A stretch of DNA of 61,670 nucleotides, filler included, from Sphacelaria rigidula (lineage: Eukaryota), in assembly GCA_964200075.2 (NCBI GenBank). It is 6 parts of 6 records of this genome, joined end to end, with 100 filler letters (N's around TTAATTAATTAA, not from the genome) between each part and the next. Parts side by side here need not be neighbours in the genome. Positions count along the whole stretch, not along the records: positions 10,297 to 20,492 come from CAXNAA020006954.1; positions 20,593 to 30,787 come from CAXNAA020006955.1; 4 more parts are not named here. The stretch is one strand, 5' to 3'. Below, in pieces: positions 12,241 to 25,300 of the stretch. Position 1 is the stretch's first letter; each line of letters opens with the position of its first letter. The notes beneath the pieces were generated by a model, which was not told where the DNA came from, searched no databases, and worked only from the letters and a program-made list of their open reading frames with translations. Position numbers and translations under genes: made by a program.

Positions 12241-12326
12241 TCTCCCCTCATCCATCCCTCCCCCTCCATCAAAAACGAAAGAGAGCTTCCTGACAAAAGA
12301 ACTTGTGATCTTGTCTGTGTGCGCAG

Positions 12327-14168
12327 GTGGTTGAATCCTGGTCGGAGCCGATAGACGCGCCCATGAACATGTTTATTGTGTCTATTCCTACCGTGCTGGA
12401 CCCGAATCTGGCTCCCGAGGGCAAACACCTGGTGCATATCTACACGGCCGGAAACGAACCGTACGCCCTTTGGGAAGGCTTGAAGCGCGGTTCTCCGGAG
12501 TATGAGGTATATAGTCAACATACATGAATACTAAACCTTTCATATTTTGAAAGCTGCCCGGTAAGCAGTATTTCTGAAAAGCTTGGTGCAGAGAGTATGA
12601 GGTGAACAGAAAAATGTTACGTACTCAACCCCAGAGCATTCATTAAAAATAAATCCATGTTTTCCTTGCGACGTATTTCGTTTGAAGCCATCCGGCAGTG
12701 GTGTGCCGTTTTTTTTTTTCCTGGGGATATTCCCTCCTTTTCTCCATTCGGCGGTTTTTTTTTGCTTTACTTCCAGCATCGTGTTTTTTTCTTCTCCTGG
12801 TGATTTTCTTGTTTTTATTTCTTTTCTCCCCCTTTGCTTTCTCTGTTTTCCCGCTGCAGTGTGCTTTGATCTCTCTCCAACTCTCCTTGTAGACGACCTT
12901 TGCCTCCGCTCGAGGCTCCTTGAGCGAGCGTTTCTCTTCACTCGACGTGCGCACGTCGATGTCGTGACCACGGATGGCGTATCATTCAATGTGTCATACC
13001 TCATTGATTTACTCTATCCTGCGTCGCATACCCACCAACTCGCGCTGCAGTCCATTCATCGCATGGGCGTCGTTATTGAGCAGGAAAGCGGCAACAATCT
13101 CCCATTTTTCGGCTCAATATCTTACTCTTCCATGCACGAAACATGCCTTTCCCCTCACTTCCCCACATACATTGTTTCATTTATTTTCCTTGTATATGAG
13201 TCATTTATCGCTCTTGTTTGTTGCTGAGTTTCCAATACGTGAGTTTGAATCTTATTGGTTGTACGTGAAGGCGGACGGACCCCACCCTTCAGCAGTCAAG
13301 CAGCAGTCGAGAAATATATGTAATATATAAACATATATTTATTTATTTATATTGCGATATGCTCCACTTTTTTTCTTTTCGTTTCTGATTTTTCCCAGTC
13401 GATCCACGTGCAATCACTTTGCGCCCAAGCTTGTCAGATAAGGCTCAGTTTTCGGGGAGATGTGCACAGGTCCTTGCCAATTCGTACCTTCACCACATAT
13501 TAAGTCTGTACAACATCTGGAGGAAAGATGGGTTCTTGGTTGATGCGTTGAGATCACGGTGTCGTACCGAGGAACGGGAGGGGTTGCAAGCGTGAAGGGA
13601 ACAAAAAGAACATCAACAGACACGCACATATGACAAAAAATTGTTCAGAACACGTAAATTACTCACCACAGTTCTTTCATTGAAATCATGAGGAGACAAC
13701 GCGTTATCGTGTAAGGGTTGACCAATCGAACCCACAAAATGTTTCTCAACACTGTATAAGTATGATGGGTGACAAATCCAAGGGTCGGACGAATGAATGA
13801 TTCGTCCGGAAACTACTTGATCCTAGTGTATTCGATTCGTACAATACAAATCCTGGGGCTTTGTTTTCAGCGTTGTAACACAGGTACGCGCAGCCCAGGC
13901 AAACGGCGCCAAAATTGCGTGGGGACTACCTTTTTGGCCAGTGGGCAACGTTTTTCTCCCTTTTGAGCAATCAGGCCTAAGAAATCGTGGGTTTGGTGAT
14001 CTGAACCGGCGATGATTCGTTCGAGCCATGAAAATATCACAAGTGATAGGCAGCTCTACACAGCCTAATTCGGAGCGCAATAGCATGATGCATGGTTTGA
14101 GTTGAGTTGCAAAAACGGCCTCCCATGGTGAACCGCGTCATCCCGCTTCTTGGTGAAAGACACACACA

Positions 14169-14215
<47 letters not shown>

Positions 14216-17200
14216 CTGACGTTGAGCAGTCCTACTCACCTCGACATGAGAATGTCGCACGTAGAAGGAGAGTGCATCTCGCTACGATGCAATCAATTTC
14301 CGTTCTCAGCCGAGACGCAGCAAATTGTGCCACAGGTGTACTTCGGCTGCTGGATGGCGACGAGGAATAAGGGCAGTGCCGTTAGCGGGTAAATATAACC
14401 AATCCAAGAAGGCTGGCTGGCTACCATCAACAACCAAGTTCCCCGTACTCGAGAAACCAAGGTCTCGGAAAAGTGCCGGTTCAAGCCATCGCCCTGAACC
14501 ACACGTGAAAGTTCAAAATTCCTCTACTGGAGTAGGATATGACACTGCGAAGATACTCAGCTTCTTGCTTGACACATTTTTATGTCCCGGCGGCGACCGT
14601 GCGAATCAAAACGATTTTTTCATGTTTTTTCTCGTTACCCCCCCTTCGAGTGCCTGCGGCTGAGACACGTGCAAGTCGGTTATTCGTTTTTCAAGTCAAC
14701 ATGATGATGCCGATCCAACATATGGAACACTCTGGCTCTTGGGTCCTCTGCGTTTCGACTCTGACCGTGCACTTTATACTGTGCCAGCACACCACTTCGA
14801 TTGCCCTCACGTTTTTGGTATGTAATTGCTTCTGAAGTCAGCAGTGTCCCAAACTCCTGATGATCAAATATGTCACGGAGGATTAATCCAAAATGTGCAA
14901 CAGCAGACCCCTTGACTATAATAAAAATATTCGTCATTTGAGTATTGTACGAGCTATGTCAGTCTTGAAGCAACCTTGAGCTTGAAAAGGGACTTCCCTA
15001 CTTCGATTTTGAGAGTTTCAGATTAAAATTCGGTATGGAATATGGGAGAAAAAAAATGAAACATTATTTTGCACGTCAAGTATTTTTTCACCACCTTAGA
15101 ACAAAGAATAGGACCATTTTTTCAGACATGGGTCCTAAACTCAATACAAGAAACCCCGTTGTGCAGAGTACGTTCTGTTTAGTCGTTTCTTGCGATGCCC
15201 AATACCAAATTTCAATGCACAACCCTCATAGCTTAGCTAGTAAACCCACTTTTGGTTGGTGCATTAAGTACAACATGTTGAATATTGCATGAGTTCTCAA
15301 AAGCACTATACATCTCGAAATATGACAAACTACGTGGAGTTGTGGCTACCGACCGTCTCTCCTTGCCCCAAGGAATGGTCGTCTCTAAAATAAGTTGTCA
15401 TCCCCTGATTTTCATCATGACGGGGTTTTGTTTCGACTTTAGCCTTGAGATATCTCCGCACGTCACGAGATTCACTCGACATCACGTGAAAGCAACGAAG
15501 AAGTATCCGAACGGGGCTGTTCAGTACATTGGCATCTGGCTCTTGATTCGACGAGTAACAAGGTGTGCGGATCACGGCCCAATTTGTCTGCGTCAGTGAG
15601 GTATGGCTGTGACAGCTCAAGGTCCGTGTTTAGGCGGGCCCAGCTGTCCGCGTTCAGGCGGGCTCAGCTCGTAGGGTATGATTTCCTCACTCTAGTCTTG
15701 GTGGCGGTCAAAGGACGATGGTTGGTCGTGATTCATTTTAGAGCGCTTTCGGTCGTTACTCCTCGCGCGTGCGTGACCGGTCGAAGACTAGTAGCTGTGC
15801 GATGGTCGTCCAAATAGTGTGTGTGCAGACGCGTTACCCCATGGCAGTAGAGCATTGGAAGTCGCGAATGTTTCCCGAGGGACGCACTACGACAGGATAT
15901 CGGAGTCCTCACACGAGCAAATTCCACACGTGTATGCCTCTTGCTGGGATATAAGCGGCCGTGACCTGGCGGTGTAAGTGGTAGACCACTAGCCACTCAG
16001 GCCCGGAAGGTCGAGGTTGCAGGTTGGAATCATGGTAAGCACGCTCTTTTTTTCAGGCGCTGCTATCTGTTTTCTATCGTTTAAAAGCATGAAGACGCGA
16101 GGAAGCAAAAGCGAATTCGAGGAGAGGTGACCAGGTGTCGGAACGTTGATCCGATCCTCAGCAGAAGATGGTTTGACTTGGTGATCCTTCTTTGAATACC
16201 ACGGAGTCCTATCATAGTCTCGAGGAATGGCAGGGTTGGAAGTATGACGAAAAAAAAAAGAAGGAACGAGACCGAAAGTCGACCGGAGGTTCACTTGAGC
16301 GTATGTACTGTACGCATTGCGACAACACTTTTTTCTTTTGTCCTCAATTTTCATGAAGATATTCGCCGTGGTATGCTAGAGTCCCTGTAACACACGATGT
16401 TTTTCCAAGAAAGCTCTGAAAGATCTGAAAGGGTAGGTACGATGCTCTCTGGCATTTTCCGGCGCGACGCGCCGAAAATGAAGAACATGTGGTGTCGGTC
16501 TTGAACTTTTCTTCCGACGTGCTGTGCCTCTACCTTTTTCGCCCCTTGTTTTTCCTTCGTATTCAGGCATTGAAAAAAGAGCGTGCGGAGGGCATGTGGA
16601 AGGCACTCGAGAAAATAATCCCGGACATACGTCAGAGAACTGAGGTGGAGCTTGTGGCGAGTCCGCTAACACACGAGTTTTGGAACCGAAGATTTCGAGG
16701 TGTGGACACGACTACACTACTCCAGGACATGCCATAATGCGTTACGTGCATAGTTCGTGTGGCGCGGTCAAATCCAACGCTTGAGGAAAGGTTTCGGTTG
16801 TTCGAGCGCTTCCGAGTGTATAATCGTACGCCCCCAGTGTTGTGTATGATTACAGTCCGGGATGAATGCAACGGCAAGAACAGCGATGAAGAACCCTTTC
16901 ACAGTAACAACAGCAACAACGGAACAAACCAAAAATGCGAGGAACTCCACCTCGAAAGATGGAAGAAGAAAAAAAAGGTGAAAGAGAAGGAGAAAAGTAT
17001 AGAACGAACAAACAAAAACACAGCCATGAGAACGAATTCAAGGAATGTGCGGACCAGGGCGGATAGAGGCTCCAAAGTTGACTTTCGACTGTGCATGCTG
17101 CCTCCAAAGAGGCGAATGCATGCCGGAGACTCCACGTTTACCTCACGTTCACTGCGAATATTCTACTTCGTATCCCTTCCGACGAAGCTTGAAAACAGCC

Positions 17201-18894
17201 GGACGGTACAATCAGAGAATGGCCGTTCCAACACGATTTGATACAATTCAACACGAAACACACCAATACATTCGGAAGTATTTAATCAGCGATTTGACAT
17301 GGAGTGCATTGTTGAAAAACTCTCTGCTAGGCGAGTTGGTCTTGTATACGGTAGTATCACCATTTTGATGTCATGGCCTTTTCTATATTTTTTTTGCTGC
17401 TGAGAATATCTTTGTCCCCCCTCACCAGTTGAAGCGTGTGGTGGTAAGCGTTGTTCATCACGCTGGATTTGAAGGTTCTGCATGCCGAGGCGCTCACGCC
17501 CAGTTGACTTGGATAATGTAGACAAGTTTTGATCTGTGAAAACAACGACAACAGTATAAATGCTTTGGGAGGGTGCTATATTACAGTAATTTTTTTTTTG
17601 CAAACGTTGCCCGCAGGATTGTGAAACTCTCTTGAAGTTCGGATGAATTGTCTCGGCACCTCCAGTACGCAGTGTTGCTAGGGTGAGCCCGGGCAAGCGA
17701 AGTTTGTCTCGGTCGATCCGGGTATGTGGTTGATAGCTCCACAATGGGGAGTGTATGTGTGTGCGTGTATGTGTCATGAAAAAAAAAAAACGTTCTTGTT
17801 TTGGCCCACCACAAAGGGGGAGGGCGCATAGTAATTGCACAATCAGAGCAGGTACCTCTTGTCCGCTACATACCCAACCATGCGGCGATGCCGTTCTTAT
17901 ACCATATTGTGTACCTTTTCCTGTGACGTATTTGCACTAGCCGCGGATCAGTCGTCATTGAAAACCCGACAAGAATCACCCGTCATTCGGGTAAGGGTGT
18001 GAATGCAGAAAACAGTTACATTCGTTGATTTCTGAAACCCGAAAACGCCTTTGGTACTGCGAGGATGTTTGGGGTCGTTTCATATAAATTGTAACCCAAG
18101 GTCATGTCACACCACATGAACAACAAATACGATCTTCCAAGCAACCCCCCCCCCCCCCCAAAAAAAACTTTGTTCACGCTCAAATTAAAATGCAACTTGA
18201 TCACACTGCACACATGAAGTACCCACCACACACACACACACATACATAGCGTGCAACTCATCCACCCGAACAAATCTGATGCACGTACTGTCCGACGGCC
18301 TCCATAGCGAAAGCTGCAAACGTTAACTGACGACATGCCATCCAGGATCGTACGGACCCGGGTGGAGGGCTGGAGAGGCCGAATTCCCCGGCTGCGTAAC
18401 ACCGCTCAAGGGTCTTCTGCACTGCGGAGACTCCACGCTGCCGGGTCTTGGTCTCCCGGCCGTCGCGGCTAGCGGTATGAACGCGGCGAGGTACGACTCC
18501 GGCGCGCGCCTTGCGAGGCATATCAATGTTTTCTACGATTACCAACGCAAAAATACGGTATGCTCAGATAATGGACAAAATGTCGAAGTCTTGGTGGCAG
18601 AAAATAGTAACACCTACTTGATATTTGTTCAAGCCACGTGATCACCTCGTCCGAGCCGCCCACCGGCCTTGCCCGTGTCGTGCTCATCGCTTATTTGTGT
18701 ATGCGGCGTGTTTATATCTGCGCTTTGTGCGTTCGTATATCTCTGTGTCCTGCGCTTGCTGCTGTGCCCCGCCATGCTTGGGCCTGGTGTGCTTGGCTTG
18801 CTGCAGTACGTTAACGCCGGTATGGAAGCAGCTGCGACTACTTTGGGAGATGCAAAGCAAAGGACTCATAGACAGCAAGTTCAACGACTTTTGA
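12327..18894 (+). CDS. Carotenoid isomerase-like (CRTISO/CrtH/phytoene-desaturase superfamily) FAD oxidoreductase, last 4 exons, 5'-partial
   Basis: join(<12327-12506,16567-16699,18346-18490,18807-18894), in frame, GT..AG. Family motifs: VSIPTVLDPNLAPEGKHLVHIY, SPLTH..RRFRGSYGP, TPLKGLLHCGDSTLPGLGLPAVAASG. Confidence 0.9.
14161..14212. repeat. (CA)n microsatellite in a CRTISO-like intron
   Basis: About 26 CA units read directly, one interruption. Confidence 0.95.
15958..16045 (+). mobile_element. Degenerate tRNA-like (SINE) head
   Basis: A-box-like GGTGTAAGTGG and B-box-like GGTTGGAATC at tRNA-like spacing; no intact cloverleaf. Confidence 0.35.
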
Positions 18895-19176
18895 TGCATT
18901 TCGTTGGGTACGGTCCATCGCTTGTGGTTTGCCGATCCTTCGTAGCTTGTGGTGGTTGTAGTCGCTTTTCAAATATTTATTTTACAAATAGTCACGACTA
19001 CGGAAGAAGCTTGATGGTTCTGGGTTTGTGGCTAACCCTGCCAGCCGAGGAACCGTTTGACGATCGCCTAGTACGGAGCCGCTGGGGCCCGGTGGGTGAG
19101 CTTGGGCGGAGTAGTGCGTTCAAGTGTCGACAGAAATGGTGTATCGTACAGGCTCCCGTCGTGGGGAGAGTTTAAA

Positions 19177-20278
19177 CGTTGGTAGATAAAGACTCACATA
19201 ATAGGCGGCGGGCAGCGGGAGTGAGCCTCTTGGGGATATTGTTGTGTGTATCCCTGCACAAGGGATCAGAGGCTGACTCCACCGAGGTTAGTCGGATCCA
19301 GGGTCGGAAGGTTGGGTAGCAGAAGTACAGCAGTACTTCAGAGCAGAAGACAATGGTTCGATGTTGTAAACAAGGCGCTTGCGGCCAACACAAACAAATA
19401 AAAAAGGCAGACACCGGCTGCTGATTGCCCCGGTAGGGTTGTGCTCCTAGAGGTGATAAGGAACCCATACAAACCAGGAAGGTAAACAAGGAGTGAGCTC
19501 GAACACCGAGCACGGCCCATCAACATCTGCCTTACAGACGTTGGCATATTCGTCCGCAGACGTTACATGCCAACCGACACATATTATACCGACTGCACTT
19601 TATAGCCACACTACAACAATGAGCACTGCATGAACAATGCTACTATACTTTGACTCCATAGAGGAATGTGTAGACAATTCCGTAACACTCCCCTTCGATG
19701 AAAGTTGCCTGTGAAGTGCGATACCCATTGTTAAATGAACACCAACATATTTCTTACTAGTTATGCGCATAAACAGAGTTGCCAAATGTTCATCCTCCAA
19801 AGTTCTTGATCCGGTCGACAAGGAAACGAAAACGATGCTTGCTCAAAAACTTGGTTCCGATGTCGGCGAGTTGATGCTCCGTGGGAATATAATGAATGGT
19901 TATTTTCCCCTCCTTGGCCATCTCTCTGATGTAGAAGAAACGTAGAGCGATGTACTCTGTGCGAGAACTGTACGCCTCATTGCCGATGACACGAAGAGTG
20001 GCCGTATTATCGATTTGTAACGACACTTGTCCGAACTGCTGTCCGAAACTCAACTCGGTCATCATGTTTAAGCAAAACACAGCTGCCTTCATTGTCAGAG
20101 CTGCAGCCACCAGTTTTGCCTCCATGGTTGACATCGTTGTCAGGCTCTGGATTCCTGACTTGAACCTGACGGGCGCCTTACACATCATCATGAGATAAGC
20201 TGAGGTCGATTTACCGTTGTCAGGGTTGTTACCCCAGTTTGCATCCGAAAACGCAGTGAGCTTAAACCCTCCATACAT
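19177..20278 (-). mobile_element. 3' remnant of a Ty1/Copia LTR retrotransposon: RNase H, polypurine tract and 3' LTR
   Basis: ORF 19790-20278 has Copia RNase H motifs (AFSDANWGNNPDNGKSTS, STMEA, IDN, IALRFFYIRE, QLADIGTK). PPT GAAGGGGAG is followed by TGTTACG at 19687; the putative LTR runs to about 19177 (ends CCAACG). Confidence 0.85.
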
Positions 20279-20334
20279 ACGTCGGACGAGTCATCACTCG
20301 TCGAGACGAGTGCACTCGTGGATGTTTTTCGAAA

Positions 20335-20492
20335 ACACAACGAGCAATGGCTCGTGTGCTCAGGTCATCACCTTGTTCCACAACGAGCAATGACTCGAGT
20401 GCTCGTCCTATTCATTTGTTTCCACAACGAGCGATGACTCGAGTGCTCGCCCTATTCATTTGTTTCCACAACGAGCAATGACTCGAGTGCTC
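20335..20492. repeat. 44-bp tandem repeat, about 3.5 copies, running into the contig end
   Basis: Unit CCACAACGAGCAATGACTCGAGTGCTCGTCCTATTCATTTGTTT starts at 20378, 20422 and 20466, with a degenerate copy at 20335. Confidence 0.9.
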
Positions 20493-20592
20493 NNNNNNNN
20501 NNNNNNNNNNNNNNNNNNNNNNNNNNNNNNNNNNNNTTAATTAATTAANNNNNNNNNNNNNNNNNNNNNNNNNNNNNNNNNNNNNNNNNNNN
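20493..20592. other. Artificial contig spacer
   Basis: N44-TTAATTAATTAA-N44. Confidence 0.98.
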
Positions 20593-20944
20593 GGAAAGCA
20601 CTGTTTTGGGCTTGAGCCTCATCTCGAAGTTAAACCTCAATTCGCACAATTTGTTGTTCATTCTTATTTTGCCTTAAGTATTCCATTGCGATTCTTCCAA
20701 CTCAACTTCAAAACACAATAATTCCTAAAAATGAGCTGAGGAATTGAGTTAATTAACCCCTTGAACACGGGGATAGGTCACCCACCTGCTGAATCGGCAT
20801 AAATATTCACTTGAAAAAAGTATGCATAATAATCCAGATGGACTACCCGCACCACGGTCTAAGGTTTAACCCTTAGACGGCGAGAAGAGTAGGTCACCTG
20901 TTGAATCGGCATCAATAGTAATTCCACTTGAAAAAGTATGCGTT

Positions 20945-21378
20945 ATCCAGGTGGGCTACCCTCCTCGCGGTCTAAAAAAAGGGGTAAGGGGCCACCAAAC
21001 ACAATGCCTATTTTGCACGAAAACGCCCCCAACTAATAATGCAAACAACAACAAGGTCTTGAACCTTGAACATTTAATTTCATTTTGCCCTCTCCATACT
21101 CCATAATACTTCGTCTACTCTGTTTTTCTGTTTTACGTTTTCTACCTCATATTTTTTCTTCAATCCAGGTGGGCTACCCTCCTCGCGGTCTAAAAAAAGG
21201 GGTAAGGGGCCACCAAAAACAATGCCTATTTTGCACGAAAACGCCCCCAACTAATAATGCAAACAACAGGGTCTTGAACCTTGAACATTTTATTTTCATT
21301 TTGCCCTCTCCATACTCCATAATACTTCGTCTACTCTGTTTTTCTGTTTTACGTTTTCTACCTCATATTTTTTCTTCA
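20945..21378. repeat. Near-perfect direct tandem duplication, about 218-bp unit, 2 copies
   Basis: ATCCAGGTGGGCTACCCTCC...CATATTTTTTCTTCA starts at 20945 and again at 21163. Confidence 0.92.
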
Positions 21379-22358
21379 GCGAGTGTTTCAGTTTGTCTTG
21401 CCTCGGGTACGTCTACGAGTATGTATGATGTAGTCACGATTGGGTCCCTGGGGTGTCATTTAAAGTGTGATAATAATCAATCGGTTAAATCAAATCAATA
21501 CTACTACAAACTGTGGTCCCAGGCTTTTTTTGAGAAAATGGTCACCTTCCCCCTCACTAGACATGATTACGAATCACGCCCAATTGGTGTGTCGATGCCA
21601 TAAAAAGTGAGATGACTGTGATATGAGAGCTCAAGTAATCCGCCGTTTCGATCATAGGCTGGCTCAGCTCGTGCACAAAAGTGCACTATAATACTACTTG
21701 ATGTACGGACTGCCGATGTGATTCTTCATGCGCTCTCAGCAAAAAAACACCCTCTAAAATCGATACAGTGTACTCTGATTTTCTACTCGTATGTACTACT
21801 GTAACATGAGTACAGTCAGCACAACCCAGGACCTTCGCAGTAGAGCTTGAGTATAGAGTAGGGTAATATTGTGATAAGGTGTATACTGTACTGCAGTCGA
21901 GTACATCGAATAGAAAAATGCACACCAGTACTAATGTAGCTACTCGTAAAGTCAGATCCAAAATGTGACGGTTTCGAGTTACAGTTTTGTATGAGTCAGA
22001 TCCAATACTTTGAGGGGGTATGCTTCCATACTTGAAATGCTCGGATGACACACCCTATATATATACGAGCACATCAATTCCATCTGAAGTATACAGGGTA
22101 TCTGGAGCGGGCTCTGCCTCAGCGGGGTGTGATTCGCACCTGCGATCATCATTCCACGGCCCCCGCCCGCTAGTACGTTCATTGCAAGCTTTCATCTGCC
22201 GCAGCAGCTAGGAGTCAATTCATTGATCCGCCGCCATTTGTGTCAGCGGGAAGCAGCTACTCCTCTCCTGCCACCCCTTACTGCGTTTGGACCGAATCAC
22301 TAGCGCGCGATTGCTGGCGAGCTAAACTGAGCCCTTCAGGCCCCACAGCAATCTCAGC

Positions 22359-25300
22359 ATGAGTCCATTAGTATCCACGGGAGCTGCTGGAAGGTGCGCT
22401 CGACGATCTGAGCGAGCACTGCGATGTCCCTGTCCTAGAGGGGGTGCTCGCGTAGCAGTCTGCAGGCGGGGTGATTTGTACTCATCGCGGGTTAGAAACC
22501 GTCATGATGCTGCTTTTTCAGCGACAGACGGTGTGGCCGATGCCCTCGGGAGGTGCACGAGAATAGCCTGTGCTGCGGTGTTGGTACTGGTACTCATGGG
22601 GGACAACACGTCTGCAGGGGTGAGGGTGTGTGCCAAGATTTTTTGGGATCGGGGAGGGGGTAGGGCGAAATATGAGAGTGGACTTTCATCGGCGTTTCAT
22701 GACTCCGTTCACCCTCTCGTTCGTCGTTCAAAAAACTGAACAGCAACGTGTGTACAAGACCTGTCATGCCACAACAGTACAGTTGAAACATACTCGTACA
22801 CTCGGTTGTGCTTGTACTGTCCGCGGTTGCTGCGAGAAATCAGTCTCTACCTCGAGCACAAAATTCAGTCGTGTCGCGGTGCAATGAAGTGGTCACACTG
22901 AAACAGGAGGTCAGTACAGCGTTGGAAAAGTTCCTGCCTGTCATCAATAGCCCCAGCACCCATTGATGAGCTCTTCTTTCGTAGCTGTGTGTCCGTGATG
23001 TGCCTGAAACGGTCCCTACTCCACAGCGATCTTCATCCTGCGCAACGTGTCGGTACCCCCTTCCCTCTCCGACTGTTTTTTCCCCAATACTTTTGTTTTG
23101 GTCAGTATTTCAGAACAAATAGTGCACGATCAGCGGACCGGTTTGGACCTGTCGAAGTCACAGCGTCTCGAAGTACGTGTCATTTTATTTCATCGTCGAC
23201 TCCACCGCTTTGGTTGGGTTGCGCGGGGAAATAACATCCCTTGCCTATCTTGATCGCAAATAGCGCATGCTCCATTCACTTCTCCATTAGTGCTGCTGAA
23301 ACGCAGTCCCTTGTACAGCCCATTGCTGCTGGGGCGGTTCTCGCTGCGCGTCTGACTATGGATCTTTGTTGATGACGAGATGGTGTCCGGACACCTCAGA
23401 TATTTGTAGTAGTCAGGGTGGATTGCGGATATTTATCATTACCACCTCCCGCCCCCTCCCTTGCCTTGTTCTCCACGTGAGCCAGTATCGACAGATGATG
23501 TCCTAGTTGCTCTCAACCCCCCTTCACCAACTCTGATAATCTGGCGTTGACCTGATACCTTTTCATTCACCCTGTGCCGCCTCTCTTGCCCTCGTGTTAC
23601 GTACACGTACGTGGTCCGTCCGGGTTCTTTCGTCGATGTCCAGTCATCGCTCTGGCGCGAAACGGCACAAAACCACGATCACTACCACCACCACCACCGA
23701 CGCAGGAACGAGCACTGTTCAGCGTTCTCATTACCGTCTTCGTTATGCCGCGCACCAAGCAGCAGCCACTCCTCGTCGGCAGCAACGCGAGATTCCTTGC
23801 AGCCTCGCATGGCCTCCTTCGGCGCCATCCTTGAATCCCGCCGCGCGCGTATCCTGAGGAAAAACTCGGGAGGTAACGCTACACCCACGGCGGTAGCCAA
23901 TGACGGCAGTACCCAAAACAGCAAAAACGGCAGGGAGTTGCCAGCGGCGCACATGTTCAGTGTACGACGACGGAGTGCGTCGCAGGGCTCACAACGATTA
24001 CTATTCCCGATACCAGAAGCAACGGGGGCGGGGCGCGGCGACGGTCTCAACTCGCCCCGGTTCGCTGCGGCGGCAGGGGGGCAGAGTTACCCGGAAAGAC
24101 TGTCGGTTTCGGTGAACTCTCAAGTAGCGGAGGGAGATGTGTTCGTGGATAGTGCGAAGGGGGGACGGCCGTTGTTGCCGGAGCTGAGTGAGGATGATTT
24201 GACGCAGTTGCGGGCGGGGCAGCGCGTGCAGCATCAGCAGAGGGACGGCGGCTCTGGGACAGGGAGCGTGGTGGTGGACGTGCGGGCAGACCCCGACGTT
24301 GTGTTGGAGTATCTTACCAAGTACGAGGAGTACGATACAATGATCGATACTGTCAGGGAGTGCCAGGTGTTTCCTAGCAATACTGACAACCAAAGAAAGG
24401 TGAGGCGGAAGAGGGGAGTGGACACGCACGTATCAAGAAGTGTTTGCGATTTCGATTGCTCAGATGCACCCGTTTTGAGGGAAAATTATTTGTGTCTGTT
24501 GCACGCTGGCCGAGCAGCATGGCAGATGATGAGAGGTGGTCGTCTGTCGTGTATCTCGAGTCAGTCACCAATGCATCGACTGCGGGAAAGTTCGTTGCAC
24601 ATGCGTTCGCGCGCGCACGTGCGACGAATGCTGTTGTGCAGTTATTGGTCGAGTAGCTAAATATCTCCACGCGAGTCAAAGTTGAGCGTAATAACGTTCT
24701 TGTACCTGAGGCATATCTGCTTGGTCAATCGCGGTGACATGTAACCTACTTGAATATGCTGTCAGCATCGAGAGCGTCGCCTCGACAGAAGGAGCGCCAG
24801 GTCAATCCTGTGGAGCTCGCTGTGGAGTTATTCGGACAAACCCATCCTCTGACGCCCCAGCTATTTACTGATGGGAGTTGGCTTGATTGCACTGTACACT
24901 GGTCCCATTCTTTTCTTTCCGATGACAAGCAGGAGCCGCATGAGTCAACGTGTGGTGATGTATGTGGTATACCTCAACATATCGGATACGCCGTGGTTCA
25001 CGTGTTTCGTTGGGCTCTCGGAGGTTCACTGCACTTGTCGCTTATTTACTCATCTCGTGCCAACGTTGCTAGACACCCGAGCACCCAAATCTCAAGATGT
25101 TACGCTGTATGATTCTTGGCCCAGTAATGCCGTTTAGTCGTCGTTCAAGCGTAGCCCCTCGAGTGAAAAAATGAACTGCAGCCTTGGGCCCAACACCCGG
25201 GCACACGTGTCTGGAGCAATCAACCGGAATACAACAAAAGTGCCAACGCTCTTGTTTTCCCCCACGTGTTTCTGTTTTGATCGTCACACAAGAGTGAAAC

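Noticed and set aside
12540-13330. Overlapping Phe-rich and Lys-rich ORFs of 100-180 aa
   Set aside because: Products of T-rich low-complexity intron sequence.
20335-20492. CRISPR-like look of palindromic 44-bp repeats (also the 72-bp and 43-bp arrays)
   Set aside because: The inter-repeat sequences are themselves repeated rather than unique spacers, there are no cas genes, and the context is eukaryotic.
24400-24660. C-terminal part of the 349-aa ORF 23611-24660
   Set aside because: Read-through into the intron after the AAG|GTGAGG donor; the domain continues at 26256.
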